A stretch of DNA of 64,000 nucleotides from Macrostomum lignano (GCA_002269645.1 NIVC01000054.1:1-64000), one strand, 5' to 3'. Shown: positions 38,566-50,814, counted from the first letter of the stretch. Numbers and translations: made by a program. Notes: generated by a model from the sequence alone, not told the origin.

Positions 38566-39960
38566 GCTAGTCACTCATCTAGTCACTAATCTAGTCACTC
38601 TTCTAGTCACTCATCTAGTCACTTATTTAGTCACTTATCTAGTCACTTATCTAGTCATTTATTTAGTCACTCATCTAGTCACTTATCTAGTCACTTATCT
38701 AGTCACTTATCTAGTCACTTATCTAGTCACTTATTTAGTCACTTATCTAGTCACTTATCTAGTCACTTATTTAGTCACTTATCTAGTCACTTATCTAGTC
38801 ACTTATCTAGTCACTTATTTAGTCACTCATCTAGTCACTTATTTAGTCATTTATTTAGTCACTCATCTAGTCACTTATCTAGTCACTTATTTAGTCACTC
38901 ATCTAGTCACTTATTTAGTCATTTATTTAGTCACTCATCTAGTCACTTATCTAGTCACTTATTTAGTCACTCATCTAGTCACTTATCTAGTCATTTATTT
39001 AGTCATTGATCTAGTCACTGATCTAGTCACTGATCTAGTCACTCTTCTAGTCACTTATTTAGTCACTTATCTAGTCACTTATCTAGTCATTTATTTAGTC
39101 ACTCATCTAGTCACTTATCTAGTCACTTATCTAGTCACTTATCTAGTCACTTATCTAGTCACTTATTTAGTCACTTATCTAGTCACTTATCTAGTCATTT
39201 ATTTAGTCACTCATCTAGTCACTTATCTAGTCACTTATTTAGTCACTCATCTAGTCACTTATCTAGTCATTTATTTAGTCACTCATCTAGTCACTTATCT
39301 AGTCACTTATCTAGTCACTTATCTAGTCACTTATCTAGTCACTTATTTAGTCACTTATCTAGTCACTTATCTAGTCACTTATCTAGTCATTTATTTAGTC
39401 ACTCATCTAGTCACTTATCTAGTCACTTATCTAGTCACTTATCTAGTCACTTATCTAGTCACTTATTTAGTCACTTATCTAGTCACTTATCTAGTCACTT
39501 ATTTAGTCACTTATCTAGTCACTTATCTATTCACTTATTTAGTCACTCATCTAGTCACTTATTTAGTCATTTATTTAGTCACTCATCTAGTCACTTATCT
39601 AGTCACTTATTTAGTCATTTATTTAGTCACTCATCTAGTCACTTATCTAGTCACTTATTTAGTCACTCATCTAGTCACTTATCTAGTCATTTATTTAGTC
39701 ACTCATCTAGTCACTTATCTAGTCACTTATCTAGTCATTGATCTAGTCACTGATCTAGTCACTTATCTAGTCATTGATCTAGTCACTGATCTAGTCACTG
39801 ATCTAGTCACTTATCTAGTCACTGATCTAGTCATTGATCTAGTCATTGATCTAGTCATTGATCTAGTCATTGATCTAGTCATTGATCTAGTCACTGATCT
39901 AGTCACTTATCTGTCACTTATCCGGCCAGTCACTCCGGCCAGTCACTCCGGCCAGTCACT
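38566..39960. repeat. 12-bp minisatellite AGTCACTTATCT, ~1.4 kb
   Basis: Direct reading. Confidence 0.97.
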
Positions 39961-39963
39961 CAC

Positions 39964-40111
39964 CAGCTGGTCCCAGTGCAGCGACCATCTCCGCCGCAGC
40001 AGGCGGCAGAAGCGGCACGCCTGTCTGAGCAGGCGGTCGCGCGACCATTCAAGCAGTTCGGCGCCAGCCTCCATAGAGGAGCCCCCCGGTGACAAGTCAC
40101 GGTCTTGGCGG
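39964..40111 (-). CDS. Candidate alternative 5' PDE2 exon (MEAGAELLEWSRDRLLRQACRFCRLLRRRWSLHWDQL; ATG at 40074)
   Basis: GC-rich open frame ending at a perfect CTG|GTGAGT donor, phase 0; no homology support. Confidence 0.4.
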
Positions 40112-40865
40112 CTGAGCAGAAACTCAACTTTTGCCAGAAAACACTTTGCAACTTTTAAATAGCAGAGCGGCACAGGCGGGCACGGAGAAGACACACAGAG
40201 AAGCAAGGAACACAGGAGCCACTCGAAGGCTAAAACAGGGAATTAAATGCTCCCCCTTGTTCGTCACACTGACTGCCCGGAGATGAGGTGGCTGAGAACA
40301 TGTGAGCAAGACAGCGGCAAGGGGAACAGAGAGGGAGGCAACGAGAGACGGGGAGCCCCAAATGATGAAGGAGGAGCGGACGAAGAACAAGTGAGTAGCC
40401 AGTAGCTTGAGGAGAAGAAGGCTGTCGGAATTTCGCAGCCGACGGGCGAGGCAAAACACAGGAGGAAGTGTCCGCAGGCGCAGGGGCCAGAGAGAGCTTG
40501 AAGCGCCCTGTTAAGTGCCCGCCTTCCTGCGCAAAGGCACTTCGGAGACAGAAAAGCACAACTCCTCGCTCGCTCATTCGAAAGTAAAGGGAACCGGAGT
40601 CTGGGTGGCTGCTTCTTTCGGGGAGGCCACCATCACGGGGGGGGCGGTTTGATTGAATCTGTTGAGGAGAAAGAAGACGCGACACTGGGAGTTTTGGCGG
40701 CCGCTTATAGAAAAGTAGAAAGGGAGCCCTGGGGAGAATTTCCCCGAATAGTGACGCTTGTTTGCCTGAAGACCTAGACAAGAAGTCTGAGTAGTGAGGA
40801 CTCCACTTCAGAAGGGGATAATGAAAAAACGAGTGGAAGAGAAGAACACGAAATCCTTGCACGCA

Positions 40866-41624
40866 GGAGAGGCTGGCCCAGCAACTGAGGATCTTGGAGG
40901 CTGGCCCAGCAACTGAGGATCTGAGAGGCTGGCCTAGCAACTGAGGATCTGGGAGGCTGGCCCAGCAACTGAGGATCTGGGAGGCTGGCCCAGCAACTGA
41001 GGATCTGGGAGGCTGGCCCAGAAACTGAGGAGCTGGGAGGCTGGCCCAGCAACTGAGGATCTGGGAGGCTGGCCTAGCAACTGAGAATCTGGGAGGCTGG
41101 CTCAGCAACTGAGGAGCTGGGAGGCTGGCTCAGCAACTGAGAATCTGGGAGGCTGGCTCAGCAACTGAGGATCTGGGAGGCTGGCCCAGCAACTGACACT
41201 CTGGGAGGCTGGCCCAGCAACTGACACTCTGGGAGGCTGGCCTAGCAACTGAGGATCTGGGAGGCTGGCCCAGCAACTGAAGATCTGGGAGGCTGGCCCA
41301 GCAACTGAATATCTGGGAGGCTGGCCCAGCAACTGAGGATCTGGGAGGCTGGCCCAGAAACTGAGGATCTGGGAGGCTGGCCCAGAAACTGAGGATCTGG
41401 GGGGCTGGCCCAGCAACTGAGGATCTGGGGGGCTGGCCCAGCAACTGAGGATCTGGGGGGCTGGCCCAGCAACTGAGGATCTGGGAGGCTGGCCCAGCAA
41501 CTGAGCATCTGGGGGGCTGGCCCAGCAACTGAGCATCTGGGAGGCTGGCCCAGCAACTGACACTCTGGGAGGCTGGCCCAGCAACTGAGCATCTGGGAGG
41601 CTGGCCCAGAAACTGAGGATCTGG
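40866..41624. repeat. 28-bp minisatellite GGGAGGCTGGCCCAGCAACTGAGGATCT
   Basis: Direct reading. Confidence 0.95.
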
Positions 41625-42321
41625 GGTGAGCAGGTTAAAGCCAATTTCAGCGGCTGCGTCCAACACGCCAAACGACAAAAAATCACCCAAAACAGGATCG
41701 CAGACACAGCGCTGATAGCAGCAGCTGCCGGAATGCGATAAATAATTGAATGCAGAAAAATAGTAATAAATAATATACCAGAAGTAAACGGCCGAGAGAC
41801 CCTAAGAGCTGGGGGGTCAAAGATTAATGACCGGCAGGGACTTAAGACCCTGAGCTATTCGGTCCCTCAGTCCGGCAGGGAATCATTTCATTAAAATATA
41901 ACTGAGCCACACACGAAGAGCCAGAGATAGAAAGAGAAGGCAGTGGGGTGAGCCAGCAGCAGCAGCAGAGGGTAAAGTCAAGCGGAAGAAGAGAGTAGAC
42001 TCCAGCTCAGGATGGCAGCCGGGCGCGCTGCGGCAGTTCAGGAAAAAAAGAATGAGTAGAGCAGTTTTTAGGGCGGAAGAGAAAGTCGGGACTGTGGCGG
42101 GGATTAAACTGTCCGATTGCTCCTCGGGCTCATGCAGGCCGTGAGCTTCCACTCGGGGGGGGGGGGGGGCAGGAGGGGAGGAAAAAGTCCAGCTGCATTG
42201 GCGCTGAAATTCTAAAATATCCCGCGGGGGGGGGGGAACAGAGAGTGGAGTTTAATCTGGCACTGCGGAGCTTCCTCTAGCCCCCCCCCCTCGATTCATC
42301 AAAATTCACCATAGCTAATAC

Positions 42322-42686
42322 CAAGGCTAAGGTTAAGGTGAAGGTTAGGGCTAAGGTTAAAGCTACCGCTAAGGCTAAGGCAAGGCTAAGGCAAGTTTAG
42401 GGCTAAAGCAAGGCTAAGGCAAGGCTAAGGCAAGACTAAGGCAAGGCTAAGGCTACGGCAAAAGTTTAACGCAAGGCTAAGGCTAAGGCTACGGCTAAGC
42501 CTACGGCTAAAGGTAAGGCTACGGCTAAGGCTAAGACTAAGGCTAAAGGTAAGGCTACGGCTAAGGCTGAGACTAAGGCTAAAGGTAAGGCTGCGGCTAA
42601 GGCTAAGACTAAGGCTAAAGGTAAGGCTGCGGCTAAGGCTAAGACTAAGGCTAAAGGTAAGGCTGCGGCTAAGGCTAAGACTAAGG
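42322..42686. repeat. (GGCTAA)n hexamer array with ~30-36-bp higher-order unit
   Basis: Direct reading. Confidence 0.9.
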
Positions 42687-43439
42687 TTCATAGCTGCAAA
42701 AAAACGATAGTTTCCTCGCCTTCAACCGCTGCACTCGGATATAAGAAATCCAAAATAATCAGAGGCAGTAAGTTTCTGTTTAAGCTTGGAAGTATCAGGC
42801 TTAAAATTGTGAAAATTTTGAGGAAAAAGGCAGGCCTAGATTACGAGGGAGACTGTATATATTACACTGTAGAATAGGTCGAATAGAGAGGCTCCGGGGA
42901 GACTCGAAAGTAAAAAGCCAATTAGCCATAAAACAGACAGACACAGAATCTGTGCTGGCTGGGCAGCGAAGCCAGCGAGAGAAGAATGCTAAGATAGCTA
43001 GAGAGATGTGGGAGATTTTTATGCGAAATATCCTCTCAGCTTGTCCCTAGAGTGCGCGCAGCGGGCACGCACGCAACTAGCGATAAGGCACGGATCCAGT
43101 CAGATCTCCCCAGTGTGCACTATAATAGGCATAACTGTGCCCGCGTATTGTGTCCAATAAAACCAACGAATAGGGACAAAAACTTCGAGTAAAAAATGTA
43201 CATTATGCAACGCAAAAAGCACAAAAAAGTTTTTCAGTTAGCTAACTAAACTGAGTTCATTCCTTTCATCAATAAATATATTCGCCGCTTTTGTGTTTGA
43301 AAAGCTCAAAAATGTCTATCTCGGGGAGTTTTTCTAAGAAACAAAGATTGTGACAATACACTGGCAATACACCAGGGGTCGGCCAACTATAACTTAATGG
43401 CCATGCAGATAAAGAATCTTCAGTGCATGACTGCGGGCC

Positions 43440-44095
43440 AGAGAGTGGAGAAGAGAGAAGAGAGGGGAGAAAGGAAAGAGGGGGTATAAGAGAGACGAGA
43501 GGGGAGAGGAGGGGAGAGACGAGAGGGGAGAGGAGGGGAGAGAGGAGAGGGAAGAGAGGAGAGGGGAGAGAGGAGAGGGAAGAGAGGAGAGGGAAGAGAG
43601 GAGAGGGGACGGAATAGGAGGGTAGAGAGTGGAGAAGAGGGAGAGAGGAGATGAAGAGAGGAGAGGGAGAGAGGAGAGGGAAAGAGGAGAGGGAAGAGAG
43701 GAGAGGGGAGAGAGGAGATGAAGAGAGGAGAGGGAGAGAGGAGAGGGAAAGAGGAGAGGGAAGAGAGGAGAGGGGAGAGAGGGGATGGGAGAGAGGAGAG
43801 GGAAGAGAGGAGATGGGAGAGAAGAGAGGGAAGAGAGGAGAGGGGAGAGAGGAGATGAAGAGAGGAGAGGGGAAAGAGGAGATGGGAGAGAGGGGAGATA
43901 AGAGAGGAGAGGAAAGAGAGGAGAGGGGAGAGAGGAGATGGGAGAGAGGGGAGATAAGAGAGGAGAGGGAAGAGAGGAGAGGGGAAAGAGGAGAGGGAGA
44001 GAGGAGAGGGAAGAGAGGAGAGTGGACGGGAGAGGAGGGTAGAGAGTGGAGGGGAGAAAGGGGAGATAAGAGAGGAGAGGAAAGAGAAGGGAGCT
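43440..44095. repeat. Polypurine (GAGAG/GGAGA) low-complexity tract
   Basis: Direct reading. Confidence 0.9.
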
Positions 44096-44794
44096 GAGAA
44101 CAGACACAAGCCTTGAGCAGGCCGGATTGCTACTGTAAAGTTTCAAAGGACCCGAGGGCCGGATAGAGAGGTTCAGTGGGCCGACCCCTGCAATACACGG
44201 ACAATAAACACATAGCAAATAAACACACAAGACTGCCACTCAGGCTCCAGTCTGGGGGGGTCACTGACCCGTGCACTGCAGATTGGATAGATGGCGCAGT
44301 CAGCGAGGACTCTGTTGGGAGGGGAGAAGTGGCCAAGACGGCAAGAGCTTCCCCTAAGAGTGAGTGAGAGCATGCAGGAGCTGACAGGCCGGAAAATGAG
44401 AGCTGGCACCGGTTATGATGAGCTGCCAGCTTAGCGAACTCCGCGAGCTACTCGATAGGTTGCTCAACTGCCTGCAAGACATTCGCGCGCCTGAATCGCT
44501 TTCATCCGCTCTCCCTCTTCCTCTCCATCTCTCTTGCGGCTTATCACTGTATCGATTTGCCTGCCGCTTGGGTTGCCAATCGCTTTTAACGGCTTCCCGA
44601 TCCGGGGCTGGGCTGGCTGGTTTGCTAGATTCCCAGTCTGATAAACTTCATTTGCCCTTGCAGAGTTTTACCTATACTGCACAGGTCCATGTTGCTAGCT
44701 TGACCTGCTCTCAATCCCCTGCTTTGCGTTTGCCTTTATCCTGTCACTCTACTCTACCTACTGCCCTGTCTACTCCTTTACCCTAACAGTCTAT

Positions 44795-45060
44795 ACACTG
44801 CAGCATGCATCTCCACCCTACCTCTCTGCCTTACCTCTCTATCCTACTTCTCTGCTCCACCTCTCTGCCTTACCTCTCTACCCTACAATCTGCTCTACTT
44901 CTCTCCCTTACCTTTCTATCCTACCTCTCTGCCTTACCTCTCTACCCTACAATCTGCTCTACTTCTCTCCCTTACCTTTCTATCCTACCTCTCTGCCTTA
45001 CCTCTCTATCCTACTTCTCTGCTCTACCTTTATACTCTACATCTATACCTTGCTCTCTTC
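44795..45060. repeat. Degenerate repeat CTCTGCCTTACCTCTCTATCCTAC
   Basis: Direct reading. Confidence 0.85.
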
Positions 45061-45661
45061 TACCTTAACTCTATACCCTACCCTACCTCTCACCCCTACC
45101 TCTCTGTCTGCCATTCGAGGCTACCCCTCTACCTTTTTCTTAACCCCGCTCAGACGCAAATCCATGGACCATGGATACAAACTAATGGACTTTACTAAGT
45201 TCTCTTATTTTCCTCTCATTTTGTCAGCCTTTCCTTCTCTCCAAAAAATTATTAAAGCTAACATTGTAAACCTCAGTGCAAAAGTGTACTATTATCAAAG
45301 TGAAATTTGCACAAACTTTCTCTAAGTAGGTTCAACGCACCAGCTTCGTGTCTAGCGTCTGGAGTTCGCCATTCAATCTCAGCTTTTTTCAGTTTCTAGT
45401 GCCCTGGCCTATGCATACATTACTAGCTAGTTACTAATCATAGTCCAGCGCTGCTTGTTCAAAAAGATTGATATCAGGTCCAGCAATGCAAACACAGACT
45501 CAGCATATTTTATAAACATATTGAAAGCGGCAAAGTGGACCTTTTCTCACGTTCGAGTAAACAGGATCGCTTGACAAGTGTGCAGAGAGCATCAGCTCAC
45601 GTGCGCATACAGGAGTCTCTTTCTACACCCTATATAAACTTGCTAATAATACACTGCTCAC

Positions 45662-45679
45662 TTGCTCAGCCGAGGCCAT
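45662..45679 (-). CDS. Candidate first coding exon of PDE2 (MASAEQ)
   Basis: taacATGG start context, CAA|gtgagc phase-0 donor; promoter-like GA-repeat/CRE region upstream. Confidence 0.45.
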
Positions 45680-45697
45680 GTTAATCCCTGCTGTTGA

Positions 45698-45705
45698 TGA
45701 CGTCA
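45698..45705. promoter_or_regulatory. Perfect CRE palindrome TGACGTCA
   Basis: Exact 8-mer about 19 bp upstream of the candidate PDE2 ATG. Confidence 0.45.
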
Positions 45706-46623
45706 GCGCTGCTGGCTGAGTTCGCTGGTGCTGATTCGGCTTGCCGTCCCGATCGACTGCTGAGCTCCTGCGAAGCCTACGGAGACCGCAGCACGCTTTC
45801 ATCTTTATATGGGTCTGCTGTCTCTCTCTCTCTCTCTCTCTTTCAGCAAACTGGACTGATGGGGCAGCGTTTGGAAGCTGGAAGGCTACTGCTCTCTCTC
45901 TCTCTCTCTCTCTGTGTGCTGTGCTGTGCGTGCACGCCTGTGTGTCAGCCTTGCCGGTTGCCAATCAATGGGGCAGGAGCCCCTGGGGGGGGGGGCGCAC
46001 AAATGGAGTTGAAGAGAAAAGTAAAAAAAAGGGCAGCAAAATTTAGCGCCTAAAAAAACTGCCCGGGCTGGGGGATGCGCCGTCTGGTCCTCGAATGGCG
46101 GCGCTTACTTATTATTGCGAGCGATCTCTCTCAGAGAGTGCACTGTGTGCGCTCGAATAGCCTCCAGTGAGGGACTGGGGTTGGAAAACAGTCTATATTA
46201 ACTACTGGTGAAGAAATTGTCTCCTAAAAGCTGCAGATGGAGCTGCTGATCGAGTCTTGACAAAAAAGCGATGCCTGACGTGAATTCAATTCAGCGGCTG
46301 GGCTGGGTGTCTTCTCCGTCTTGAGATCTGTTAATTTTCCTCCGCTAGACTTTTTTATACACCCAGCTAGCTGACAGGGCCGAAGCTCAGGCCACATGGC
46401 ACTCCCCCGGTTCCCCCTTCATGTGCAAGTGAGCGAGAGAGCCAGAGGGAGGGCCTGGCCAAGGTGGAATTGGTCAGAATCCGCTGCGCCGAATCAAATC
46501 TAACTTAGAAGAAGTTTCTCTTCAGTTTAGCTCTTCATCGCACCCCAGAGCCCGGGCACGGCAGATGCGGGCTAACAGTCTCAGAAAGAATCATTTTTAA
46601 TCAAATTTACACAAAGCAAATCA

Positions 46624-46636
46624 GTGACGTCACGTG
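46624..46636. promoter_or_regulatory. CRE palindrome (GTGACGTCAC) overlapping E-box CACGTG
   Basis: Exact motifs at the GC-to-AT-rich boundary upstream of PDE2. Confidence 0.5.
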
Positions 46637-48741
46637 ATTTTTTCAAGAATCAACAAGAGATAGCGCCCGTACTTTTTGAATGTGCGAAATCGGGTCGCAA
46701 TTTAACACAGACTACTACTGCCAAAAGTGTTAGTAGGGTGAAGCGCATCTACTCAGAAAAAATATAAATAGAATCTCAATTGAAACAATTCACTAATTTC
46801 TAATACTAGCATAATTATCTTTTATCAAAGGTGGTAGATGTGGCGGACAGTTGTTACATGAATATCACAGGTTTCGGTTCAATAAATTAATGCTACAACA
46901 AGTAGGGAGCGATAAATGGCATAATAAAATTAATTGTATTAACATAATTTGGCATTTAAAGATTTGAAATTTAATATAGGTGGAATATATAATCGTTGAT
47001 CTATGCAGAATTTGTAGAAACTATAAAACCACAGCTGCTACATAGTAAAAATTGAAGGCTTTGCCCTGAAAATTATTAAAGAAAGTATAATACTACTGCC
47101 TCGAAAAGATGACACTGGCACGACAAATGGTTGGAGTAAAGTGTGGGAAACTCAACACAGCTAGGCAATTAAGGATAAGTTGAGTACCAAGGAACTGATT
47201 ATGTGCTGGTGAGAACTTTTATATTAATTGTAAAAAGACATGTTGACTAAGTAATTGTAGAGACTAGACTTCATAATAGCTACCAAAATACTAACATATA
47301 AGTAAGCCAATACTCAAAGCTGCAGACAAGCCATGGCTCTATGCAAAAATTTACATTTGCTGACAAGCTGAAATGTCTTACTTTTGGCCTGCAATTTTAA
47401 TAGTAGAGAAGAAGGGATGATAGAAAGATTGAATAAGCCAGCTCAATTGTAACTCAGTACAAAACTAATGTGTACTTGATTAGTTGGCTGATATTCGTCC
47501 ATGTTAATAATTTGCAGTTGGTGCATTTCCACACAAATTAGAATAAAATGAAGGCTAAAATACAATGAATTTCTTACCAATAGAGCTGTCCAGTTTGATG
47601 GCATTTTAATGACTTTGCTCTTGTAGTTTATCTAATAGCATCAGACAATAGGGGAGTCAGACAGCCCTGAAATTTTTGTTGACAAAATTATGAACCACAC
47701 ATAATATTTAAAGGGTATTTTAAAGCAGGAAAAATTTTAACAATAATGTTCTATTATATTGTTACAAGCATACTAGCTATAGATGCTTTATTAATATTAT
47801 ATATATAAGCATTCAAATTCATGTTTTAGTTCAGTGATATTAAATCTTAAATATTTATTTTTATAAACAACAACAACTTTTCAGTTTTAACATTTATACA
47901 CAAAGGCCATAAATAAAATTCACCACAACCGTAATAAAGTCAATGAATTATGGATATTATAAAAAATTCTACCATCTTATGTACATAGAACTATCTATCT
48001 TTTACTAATAATCAGTTCAGTGTCATGGAAGCAAGAATCAGACGAGGCATATATTTAATCCAAGTTTTAAAAAATAGTTCTAGGTATTCATTTTGAATAA
48101 AAAATTAAATTCAACGCAATTAGCAATTTTATATGTTAATTAAAAGGCCAACATGCCAGCTACAATTGACCCAACATTTTCTTACAGTTAATAACAGGTA
48201 AAGAGGTAAACTTTAAATTCTACAGATACAATTACCGTTCCTTTGTAAATACCATCCTGCTTATTTATAATTCTTGGATTCATGGATTGTTATCCTTTGT
48301 ATAAAGTTCTCGTTCAGACCTGTATTCGACTATTTCTTCGATGTTTCTATGATACACGAAATTTCATAAATATTATGAATTGGAAAATAAAGCAGCTTAA
48401 ATTCAGGCCAGAAACAAAATTTGAACCTAAAATACAATTAAAAACATAAAAATATAATAGAGAAAACAAAACTGCGTGTTAGCTACTTTTGAACTGAACT
48501 ATTTGTTTTAAAGTTGTTTTATCTTTTAATTTAGTAAAAACTTGTTGATAAGTTGCAATGGACACATTCGCCACATGTCGTTCCGCGTCCTACTCGTAAT
48601 AGAAAGTATCCACTGCAATAAAAACTTTTTGCCCTTCTTCCTTTACTGGAAAGAGCATGCATAAAAAAATTGCATAATATAACTCATGGCCATAGCATAA
48701 GCTTATCGAGGACCATTAGGCATTAAACAGAATTGCGTTAC

Positions 48742-48745
48742 AAAA
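48742..48745 (-). terminator. Pol III T4 terminator just 3' of tRNA-Ile
   Basis: gatacTTTTg begins 5 nt after the discriminator base. Confidence 0.55.
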
Positions 48746-48750
48746 GTATC

Positions 48751-48824
48751 TGGCCGGGGAGGGGCTCGAACCCTCGACCTTCGCGTTATCAGCACGACGC
48801 TCTAACCAACTGAGCTACTCGGCC
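48751..48824 (-). tRNA. trnI-GAT: tRNA-Ile, anticodon GAT
   Basis: GGCCGAGTAGCTCAGTTGGTTAGAGCGTCGTGCTGATAACGCGAAGGTCGAGGGTTCGAGCCCCTCCCCGGCCA folds to a cloverleaf; intact A and B boxes; one A6:C67 mismatch; no encoded CCA. Confidence 0.93.
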
Positions 48825-49421
48825 TTGCAAATGCCGACCTTTTTGTATCCGATATATACAATATACGATCATTTCAAATGATTTTAATAATTATTTTAGT
48901 TAGTTTGTCTGACAGGTCGAGCTGTCGAGCAGTTGTTAGTAGCTAGTTACAGCAAACAGCAGCTGAATTGCCTGAATCGACTGCTAGCGTTGCACCACCC
49001 TCAGCCTCAGGGAACGAGTGGCATTCTCTGAGCTGCGTAAACAAATAAAAATAAATGGTGGAAGTCTCGGCTCTGTACAAGCCATAAACAGCCCTCCGCT
49101 TCTCGAATAAGCTGTTAGCTGCATACCTGGCCACTTTTGCAGAGTGTTCAAGCTAGTTCAGACTTTTTCAAACCTTTAAGGTTGTATCTTGAATCCTTAA
49201 AGTGGCGCTCAACATGCCACCAGTGAGTGCCACGTCTAGCGGAATGGGCGCCCGCGCCTTCCCGCTGTGTCCCCTCCGGGACAGCCCTGCAGCTAAGTAA
49301 AGAGTGCCACGTCAACCTGCTGTTCGAGCCAGCTGTCAGCTTCCAAGCCAGCTTAAAGCAGGACGGTCTGGACCATTGCCTGAGAAAATACCGGCCTCTG
49401 GCAGTCTGGTAAGCTTGAAAG

Positions 49422-49610
49422 ACAACAACAACAACAAACAACAACAACAAACAAACAAAAACAACAACAAAAACAAATAAAGACAACAACAGCAACATCA
49501 ACAGTACCAACAACAACAAAAACAACAAAAACGGCAGCAGTAAGCAATTAGCAACAAGAATAACAGCATCACAGCAACAACAACCACACAACAAAAACAA
49601 CAAGACAGAA
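49422..49610. repeat. (CAA)n low-complexity tract
   Basis: Direct reading. Confidence 0.85.
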
Positions 49611-49636
49611 TTTTACTGGAGCGCCACTTCATTTGA

Positions 49637-50028
49637 GCACCAGAGGCGCCAGCACCAGAGGCGCCAGCACCAGAGGCGCCAGCACCAGAGGCGCCAGCAC
49701 CAGAGGCGCCAGCACCAGAGGCGCCAGCACCAGAGGCGCCAGCACCAGAGGCGCCAGCACCAGAGGCGCCAGCACCAGAGGCGCCAGCACCAGAGGCGCC
49801 AGCACCAGAGGCGCCAGCACCAGAGGCGCCAGCACCAGAGGCGCCAGCACCAGAGGCGCCAGCACCAGAGGCGCCAGCACCAGAGGCGCCAGCACCAGAG
49901 GCGCCAGCACCAGAGGCGCCAGCACCAGAGGCGCCAGCACCAGAGGCGCCAGCACCAGAGGCGCCAGCACCAGAGGCGCCAGCACCAGAGGCGCCAGCAC
50001 CAGAGGCGCCAGGACCAGAGGCGCCAGC
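49637..50028. repeat. Near-perfect 15-bp array GCACCAGAGGCGCCA (~26 copies)
   Basis: Direct reading. Confidence 0.97.
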
Positions 50029-50814
50029 CGAGAGACTACTGCATGGAACTCCATGGGAATGAAAAGTTCGCATTCTTGAACATTGCCTATACCTGCAGTC
50101 TTACAAACAAACCTGTCACGGTCAAGGGGCCTGGAATTTCCACCTCCTCTGTAGTCATGCAGCCAGTCGTACTTTGGCTGAAAGTGACAGCCTTTTTCAG
50201 CCACAGAGCTTCCGGCACAGTTATCTGCACAGTGCTTGACTGTGGTTGTCAATTCTATATGGCTGCAGTTGCTCCGATAAGATGGCAGCGAAAAAGATTA
50301 GTTATTCTGTTTAGAGAAGTCTCCCTCACTTCGGAGTTACCAAGGATGCTTGGAACTGACTTTTTTCTGGGTATGGAAGCTTTTTACGTTGGAATATACC
50401 AATATTGATGGGCTGCAGAGGGCAGAAATGAGCTATAATGCCGAGGCGTGTTAGTTCGTTTCGGCCCGATGCGGCCCATCCATATTAGTGTTATAGTTAG
50501 CGGGCAAAAAACCGCGTTTCACGGCCCGCTGAGACTGTCTATGGCAAAATCAGAAGACAGCGGGGTCAAGGGCACAGTCACGAGTGCGGGAATGTATAAT
50601 TCTTGAACGCTTACGAGTGCGTCAATGGCAAAAGCACGAGTGCGCGAAGTGCGCGAAACGACTGCCACCCCTTTGCAGGCGATCTCTGCCTTGTCCTTGT
50701 CCTTTGGATGTTCACGTGCTTTGATCACAAGCCAATGGCACTCTTTCGACAGCCTAGCATATAGTCCACAATGCTGGGGCTGATCTTGCTCCTCTGCAGC
50801 AGTTGCAAATGCAG

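Noticed and set aside
38483-40162. 559-aa LVTY-repeat ORF
   Set aside because: 12-bp array translation.
48751-48824. Bacterial or mitochondrial (NUMT) origin of the GAT tRNA
   Set aside because: The body matches eukaryotic cytosolic tRNA-Ile, has Pol III boxes and a terminator, and has no organellar or bacterial neighbours.
49629-50252. hAT/TTF zinc-finger-like reading of GCHFQPKYDWLHDY
   Set aside because: Lacks the required Cys/His pattern; the rest of the ORF is array.
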